DNA from: an uncultured Solirubrobacterales bacterium | GTDB taxonomy: Bacteria; Actinomycetota; Thermoleophilia; Solirubrobacterales; Solirubrobacteraceae | Assembly: GCA_963744135.1 (NCBI GenBank) | Contig: CAVUSE010000009.1 | Span: forward strand, 37,946-101,945 | Length of the DNA: 64,000 bases | Reading direction: 5' to 3' | Part shown: piece by piece, positions 59,109-64,000 of the stretch | Layout of the letters: each line of letters starts with the position of its first letter | How positions within the stretch are numbered: position 1 is the first letter of the stretch | The notes under the pieces: model-generated | Database searches by the model: none | What the model saw: the letters and a program-made list of their open reading frames with translations, nothing else | Told to the model about the DNA's origin: nothing | Translations under genes and position numbers: made by a program

Positions 59109-59858
59109 TCACCACATCGACAGGCCGCCGCTCACGCCGAGCGTCTGGCCGGTCACGTACGAGGCGTCGTCGCAGGCGAGGAACGCGATCGCCGCCGCGA
59201 CCTCCTCGGGCTCGCCGGCGCGCTTCAGCTGAGTGGTGTCAACCATCCCCTGCTTGAGCCGCTCGCCGATCTCGCCGTACACCTTCGGCGCGGCGTTCAG
59301 CAGCGGCGTCTCGATCGGGCCCGGGGCGACGGCGTTGACGCGCACGCGGTAGCGCGCCGCCTCGCGCGCGATCGCCTTGGTGAAGCCGATCACGCCGGCC
59401 TTCGCGGCGCTGTAGATCGCCGAGCCCTGCGAGCCGACGCGGCCCGCCTCCGAGGAGACGTTGACGATCGCCCCCGCCCGACGCTCCTGCATGCCCGGGA
59501 GCACCGCATGGGTGACCGCGATCACCCCCCGCAGGTTGACGCCCAGCACGAAGTCCCACAGGCCGGGGTCGGTCTTGACGAAGAACGAGAAGAGGTCGGT
59601 GCCGGCGTTGTTGACGAGCACGTCGATCGGCCCGAGCTGCTCCTCGGCGGCTGCCACCGCCGCGGCGATCGAGTCGAGGTCGGTGACGTCCATCGCGAGG
59701 CCCACACCGTCGAGCTCGCCGGCGACCGCCTTCGCGCCCTCCTCGTTGAGGTCGCCCACGGCCACGCGCGCGCCCTCGGCCGCCAGCCGCCGCGCGGTCG
59801 CGGCGCCGATGCCCGACGCGCCGCCGGTGATCAGTGCGATCTTGCCCTCTAGCCTCAT
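59109..59858 (-). CDS. short-chain dehydrogenase/reductase (SDR)
   Basis: TGGASGIG, NNAG, YSAAK, VNAVAPG; start at MRLEGK. Confidence 0.95.
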   Translation of the reverse strand: MRLEGKIALITGGASGIGAATARRLAAEGARVAVGDLNEEGAKAVAGELDGVGLAMDVTDLDSIAAAVAAAEEQLGPIDVLVNNAGTDLFSFFVKTDPGLWDFVLGVNLRGVIAVTHAVLPGMQERRAGAIVNVSSEAGRVGSQGSAIYSAAKAGVIGFTKAIAREAARYRVRVNAVAPGPIETPLLNAAPKVYGEIGERLKQGMVDTTQLKRAGEPEEVAAAIAFLACDDASYVTGQTLGVSGGLSMW

Positions 59859-59878
59859 ATGGTCAGCTGCTAAGAGTA

Positions 59879-59922
59879 CCCCACCAATCCGGAATAGCGT
59901 GCCCACCAAGCCGGAATCGACC
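59879..59922. repeat. two 22-bp units of the same repeat family as 49164-49245
   Basis: CCCCACCAATCCGGAATAGCGT then GCCCACCAAGCCGGAATCGACC. Confidence 0.75.
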
Positions 59923-59978
59923 CAGCCGGCGAGCCTCACCCGCTCATATACTCGGCGGGTGCCCCACCCCTCCCTCAC

Positions 59979-60899
59979 ATGCCCCAACAGGTAGACGTCG
60001 TCGTCCTCGCCGGCGGCACCGGCGGCGCGAAGCTCGCCCGTGGGATGCAGGACGTGGTGGGGGCCGAGCGGCTGGCGGTGGTCGCAAATCCCGGCGACGA
60101 CATCGAGATCTACGGCGCGTACGTCTCCCCCGACCCCGACCTGATCTCCTTCTGGCTGGCCGACCTGATCGACGCGCGCGGGTGGGGCCTGGAGGGCGAC
60201 ACCTTCAACGTGATGGACGGCCTGCGGGCGCTCGGGGTCGATGTGTGGTTCAACCTCGGCGACCGCGACCTCGCGTGGTGCGCCGAGCGCGCGCGGCTGC
60301 TCGCTGAGGGTCTCTCCCCCACCGCGGCGCTGGGGCGGCTGAACGAGGCGATCGGCGTCGGTGCGCAGGTGCTGCCCGCGAGCGACCACCCGGTGCGCAC
60401 GTGGGTCCGCTCGACCGAGGGCTGGCGCTCCTTCCAGGAGTTCATGATCCGCATGCGCGCCGCGGGCCCTGTGGAGGGCCTCGAGTTCCGCGGCGCCGAG
60501 GAGGCCGCGCCGAGCCCCGCGGCGCTGGAGGCGATCGCCCGGGCGCGCGCAGTCGTGATCGGCCCCTCCAACCCGCTCGCCTCGATCGGCCCGATCCTCG
60601 CGATCCCCGGCATCCGCGAGTCGCTCGCCGCGACCGACGCGCCCGTGGTCGCCGTCAGCCCGATCGTCGGCGGGGCGGTGCTGAAGGGACCCACCGCCTC
60701 GTTCATGGCGTTCGCCGCATTGGAGTGCAGCGCCAGGGGGGTTGCCGACTTCTACGGCGAGCTGCTGCAGGGGATCGTCGGCGACGAGCCCGTGGACGTT
60801 CTCGCGACGCTCCAGCTCGACACCCGCATGGACGACGCCGCCTCCCGCGCACGTGTGGCCGAGCAGACGCTCGCGTTCGCCGACTCGCTCGCAGGCTGA
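59979..60899 (+). CDS. cofD: 2-phospho-L-lactate transferase (F420 biosynthesis)
   Basis: LAGGTGGAKL, N.GDD, SPDPD, WFNLGDRD, FQEF, IGPSNP..SIGPIL, VSPIVGG..LKGP. Confidence 0.95.
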   Translation: MPQQVDVVVLAGGTGGAKLARGMQDVVGAERLAVVANPGDDIEIYGAYVSPDPDLISFWLADLIDARGWGLEGDTFNVMDGLRALGVDVWFNLGDRDLAWCAERARLLAEGLSPTAALGRLNEAIGVGAQVLPASDHPVRTWVRSTEGWRSFQEFMIRMRAAGPVEGLEFRGAEEAAPSPAALEAIARARAVVIGPSNPLASIGPILAIPGIRESLAATDAPVVAVSPIVGGAVLKGPTASFMAFAALECSARGVADFYGELLQGIVGDEPVDVLATLQLDTRMDDAASRARVAEQTLAFADSLAG

Positions 60900-60956
60900 G
60901 CGCTGAGCCAGGCACTCGCGTTCGCCGATCTGCTCGAGGGTGAGTATCGTGGCGGC

Positions 60957-61646
60957 GTGTCCGCCCCCGCCCCCGTCTGCATCATCGGCGCCTCCGGCGC
61001 GCTCGGCTTCGGGCTGGCGCTGCGCCTTGGGCGCGCGGGGGTGCCGATCGCGATCGGCTCGCGCAGCGCCGAGCGCGCCACCGAGACCGTGGAGCGCGCG
61101 CGGGCCGCGGTCCCTGGCGGGTCGTTCGCCGGCTACGAGAACGCCGACGCGGTGGGTCGCGTCGAGACCGTGATCCTGAGCGTGCCGTTCCGCAACCAGT
61201 CGGAGATGCTCACCAACCTGAAGGGCGCGCTGCGCCCCGGTCAGCTGCTGATCGACGCCAGCGTGCCACTCGCCGCCGCCCACAGTGGCAAGGCCACGCG
61301 CATGCTCGGCGTGTGGCAGGGCTCCGCCGCCCAGCAGGCTGAGGAGATGGCGCCCGAGGGCGTGCGGGTCGTCTCCGCGTTGCACACCGTCAGCGCGGCC
61401 TCGCTGGCCAACCTCAACCACGCGCTCGGCGAGGACGTGCTGGTGTGTGGGAACTCCCGCGCCGACAAGCGCGAGGCTGCCGCGCTGATCGAGCGGATCG
61501 AGGGCCTGCGCTGCGTGGACTGCGGGCGCCTCGAGATGGCCCGCATCACCGAGTCGCTCACGGCGCTGCTGATCGCCGTCAACGTCCGCTACAAGGCGCA
61601 CGCGGGGATCCACCTCACGGGGCTGCCCCCGCAGCTCTGGGAGTAG
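60957..61646 (+). CDS. npdG: NADPH-dependent F420 reductase
   Basis: IIGASGALG.GLA.R, IGSRS, GSAAQ, VSALHTVSA, ESLT.LLI..N.RYK. Confidence 0.92.
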   Translation: MSAPAPVCIIGASGALGFGLALRLGRAGVPIAIGSRSAERATETVERARAAVPGGSFAGYENADAVGRVETVILSVPFRNQSEMLTNLKGALRPGQLLIDASVPLAAAHSGKATRMLGVWQGSAAQQAEEMAPEGVRVVSALHTVSAASLANLNHALGEDVLVCGNSRADKREAAALIERIEGLRCVDCGRLEMARITESLTALLIAVNVRYKAHAGIHLTGLPPQLWE

Positions 61647-61684
61647 AGCCTCACGGGGCTGCCCCCGCAGCTGTGGGAGTAGAG
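61613..61684 (+). repeat. 36-bp duplication of the npdG 3' end including its stop codon
   Basis: CCTCACGGGGCTGCCCCCGCAGCTSTGGGAGTAGAG twice. Confidence 0.9.
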
Positions 61685-61827
61685 AGCCCACCGCCCCCAC
61701 CAATTTCGAGGGGTCTCGAGCGAGCGTACCGTCCCAAGCGCGGCGTACGGTGCTCGGCATGCACCTGACACCCGACACCGCACCCCCTCCGATGAGGCCG
61801 CCGACGCCCGGGCCCGAACCGAGCGCA

Positions 61828-61855
61828 TATATACCTCCGCTTGGTGGTATATACT
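61828..61855 (+). promoter_or_regulatory. vapBC operator dyad TATATACC-N10-GGTATATA overlapping a TATACT -10 element
   Basis: Seen directly; -10 ends 8 nt before the vapB ATG. Confidence 0.65.
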
Positions 61856-61863
61856 GCCCCGAC

Positions 61864-62058
61864 ATGGCCAAGCACTTGGTGGACATAGACGAGCAGGCTC
61901 TGCGGAATGCACGGATCCAGCTGGGCGCCGCCACGATCAAGGAGACGGTCAACCGCGCGCTGCGGCTGGCCGGCGGCGATCGTGAGGACGCGGTGAAGAG
62001 GCGTCTCGACGCACTCGCCCACGCCGATCTGCTGCCCCGCGAGCAGGCATGGCGCTGA
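61864..62058 (+). CDS. vapB: VapB antitoxin
   Basis: KHLVDIDE..L..A...LG..TIKETVN.AL; overlaps vapC. Confidence 0.88.
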   Translation: MAKHLVDIDEQALRNARIQLGAATIKETVNRALRLAGGDREDAVKRRLDALAHADLLPREQAWR

Positions 62059-62462
62059 CCCATCTCCTCGACACCAGCGTTCTCACCCGGCTGCGTGAGC
62101 CGGCGGTTCGCGAGGCGATCGAGCCCCGCGCGCGCAAGGGGGAGCTGGCGCGCGCGGGGATCAGCGACCTGGAGATCGGCTTCTCGGCCCGCAACGCCGC
62201 GGAGTGGGATCGCCTCACCGACGCCGTCGAAGCCTTCGAGCTGGTGGAGACCGCTGTCGAGCACGTACGTCGCGCAAAGCGGACGCAGCGGCTGCTCGCC
62301 GCCAAGCACCAGCGCGGACGCAAGCTGCCCGACCTGCTCGTCGCTGCCGCGGCCGAGGCGGGCGGCCTCACCGTGCTGCACTACGACGCGGACTTCGACC
62401 TGATCGCCACTGTCACCGGACAGCCGTGCGAGTGGGTCGTCCCCGCCGGCTCGGTGGATTAG
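62049..62462 (+). CDS. vapC: VapC PIN-domain toxin
   Basis: LLDTSV, LEIGFSARN, DLLVAAAAE, VLHYDADFD, EWVVPAGS. Confidence 0.93.
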   Translation: MALTHLLDTSVLTRLREPAVREAIEPRARKGELARAGISDLEIGFSARNAAEWDRLTDAVEAFELVETAVEHVRRAKRTQRLLAAKHQRGRKLPDLLVAAAAEAGGLTVLHYDADFDLIATVTGQPCEWVVPAGSVD

Positions 62463-62576
62463 GCAGCCCCCGCGCCCGGGCGTGGACCTGACCCGAGCGC
62501 CGGCCTCACCCGGAGGGCCGAGCGCCGGCCTCACCCGGGAAGCCGATCGGGCGAGAGCCGGACTATCGTCAGCCCA

Positions 62577-63275
62577 ATGCGCACCGCCGCAATCCTTCCC
62601 GTCAAGCGCTTCTCTGAAGCCAAGCAGCGCCTCGGGCAGAGCGTTGCCGACCCGCTGCGACGGGACCTCGCGCGCGCGATGGTCGGGGACGTGCTCAGCG
62701 CACTGCGCGACTGCGCCGCGATCGAGCGCACGATCGTCATCACCTGCGAGGAGTCGGTCGCCGCCGCGGCCAGCTACCTCGGGGCGATCGTCCTCCCGGA
62801 CACCGCCGAGCAGAGCCAGAGCGCCGCGGTCGCGCTGGGGGTCGAGCGCGCCGTCGCGGAGGGCTTCGAGCGGGCGCTGTGTGTCCCTGGCGACTGTCCG
62901 GCGCTCGACTCGGCCGAGATCGACGCGCTGTTGGGCGCCGAGCGCTCACCCGACGCGCGCGGCGTGGACTCCGGCGACCGCGAGATCGTGATCGTGCCCG
63001 ACCGCCACGGCACCGGCACCAACGGGCTGCTGCTCACCCCGCCGGGCGCGATCCCCCCGAGCTTCGGGCCCGACAGCTTCGAGCGCCATCGTCAGCTCGC
63101 GCGCGAAGCCGGGGTGGCATGCCGCGTTGAGCGGGTGCCCTCGCTGCTACTGGACATCGACACCGGCGAGGATCTCGCCGCCTTGCGCCAGCGGCTGGCC
63201 GGAAAGCCCCGAACCGGGGCACGGCGCACCCGCGCAGTGCTCGGCACGCCGCCGCGCCTCTCGCGCGCGGTGTGA
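62577..63275 (+). CDS. cofC: 2-phospho-L-lactate/PEP guanylyltransferase (F420 biosynthesis)
   Basis: PVKRF..AKQRL, PGDCP, PDRHGTGTNGL, FGPDSFERH, DIDT.EDL. Confidence 0.95.
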   Translation: MRTAAILPVKRFSEAKQRLGQSVADPLRRDLARAMVGDVLSALRDCAAIERTIVITCEESVAAAASYLGAIVLPDTAEQSQSAAVALGVERAVAEGFERALCVPGDCPALDSAEIDALLGAERSPDARGVDSGDREIVIVPDRHGTGTNGLLLTPPGAIPPSFGPDSFERHRQLAREAGVACRVERVPSLLLDIDTGEDLAALRQRLAGKPRTGARRTRAVLGTPPRLSRAV

Positions 63276-63278
63276 GCC

Positions 63279-64000
63279 TCACCCCGCGGCAGCGACGGCC
63301 TGGCGGCTGATCGTGCGCTCGACGTCGCGGCCCTTGGGGGTGAGCCGCCAGGCGTTCGGTTCGCCGCGGGCGTGGCCCTCGCCGACGTTCGCGATCAGCC
63401 CGAGGCGCTCGAGGCGCACGAGCAGCTTTGAGATCTGGCCCTGGTCGGCGACACCTGCAGCATCGGAGACCTCGCGGTTGCTGGGGTCCAATCCGTTTCC
63501 CTCCAGCGTGGCGATCGCGACGAGCACCCTGACCGTGCGGTAGGTGAGGCGCATCTCCAGATCCCTGAGCGGGTCCGCCACCGGCGCAACCGCGGGTCTG
63601 CGCTTTGGGGCGCGGCGCGCGGCCTCGCGCTCAGCGACCGCCCGCCCCTGGTAAGGCAGCACGATCAGCCCCATCAGCGGGCCGAGCAGCCCGATCATCG
63701 GCCGTGGCTCGGGCTCGGTCAGGCGCGCGTGCAGAACCGCGAGCACCGCGCCGACGATCCCCTCCGCCGTGAAGCGCTTCAACCCCGGTGTCGCCTGGGG
63801 CTCACGCCGCCCCCGGTCCACCGCATCGATCAGAACCCCAACCACACGCGCACGGCGCTCCAGCGCGATCGGGCCCGCGCCGAGCGCATCGACGACCGCG
63901 AGACGACCAAGGCCCGACTCATCGTCAAGGAACTCCAGCAGCGCCCGCACACCGCCCCGCATCTGCTCCAACCAGCCCCCGGCATCCTCAAACGCTGCGC
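63279..64000 (-). CDS. TetR + wHTH regulator, paralogue of 50034..50990; 5' end beyond the window
   Basis: Long identical peptide blocks shared with 50034..50990. Confidence 0.9.
   Translation of the reverse strand, partial: AAFEDAGGWLEQMRGGVRALLEFLDDESGLGRLAVVDALGAGPIALERRARVVGVLIDAVDRGRREPQATPGLKRFTAEGIVGAVLAVLHARLTEPEPRPMIGLLGPLMGLIVLPYQGRAVAEREAARRAPKRRPAVAPVADPLRDLEMRLTYRTVRVLVAIATLEGNGLDPSNREVSDAAGVADQGQISKLLVRLERLGLIANVGEGHARGEPNAWRLTPKGRDVERTISRQAVAAAG

Noticed and set aside
58999..59232. Plus-strand ORF with 8-aa periodic 'RMR' pattern
   Set aside because: By-product of the 24-bp palindrome array and antisense to the SDR gene; no RBS.
59859..62534. N-terminal ~890 aa of the 1141-aa ORF in the track
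   Set aside because: Shadow frame antisense to cofD, npdG and vapBC; only 59109-59858 encodes the SDR.

Overview
High-GC actinobacterial DNA. The protein families present (F420 cofC/cofD/npdG genes, paired giant secreted proteins with basic tails, TetR-wHTH regulators) suggest Thermoleophilia/Solirubrobacterales; this is an inference, not a search result. Bases 1 to about 20.6 kb form an accessory/defence island: small membrane genes, a cluster of unusual regulators, an IS3 and an IS982-type element with recognisable ends and target duplications, LPO_1073-like, HEPN-like, GmrSD-like (DUF262), VapBC and SRA-HNH genes, and a duplicated wHTH gene starting in a tRNA-end-like motif. From 20.6 to 43 kb is mostly metabolism and housekeeping (DEAD-box helicase, ECF sigma, crotonases, P450, amidase, acyl-CoA carboxylase), with many short tandem duplications. 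From 43 to 50 kb lie an ISAzo13 element, three P-loop ATPase genes and a Phd/VapC pair. From 50 to 58 kb is an operon of two giant secreted proteins plus a regulator, with a long leader containing (CT)14. From 58 to 64 kb are HMG-CoA lyase, an SDR and F420 genes interrupted by vapBC. Two structures are not explained by the annotation. (1) Four abutting, loop-less, perfect 24-bp palindromes with different arms and a shared GCATGC core at 59009-59104. (2) Four co-oriented intergenic dif/Xer-like sites (consensus GTCGCCCAA-N6-TTGTGCGAC) at 7195, 9514, 11048 and 12340 that divide cargo genes into cassette-like units. Several single-base frameshifts suggest residual long-read or assembly error. No rRNA, intact tRNA or CRISPR array was seen.
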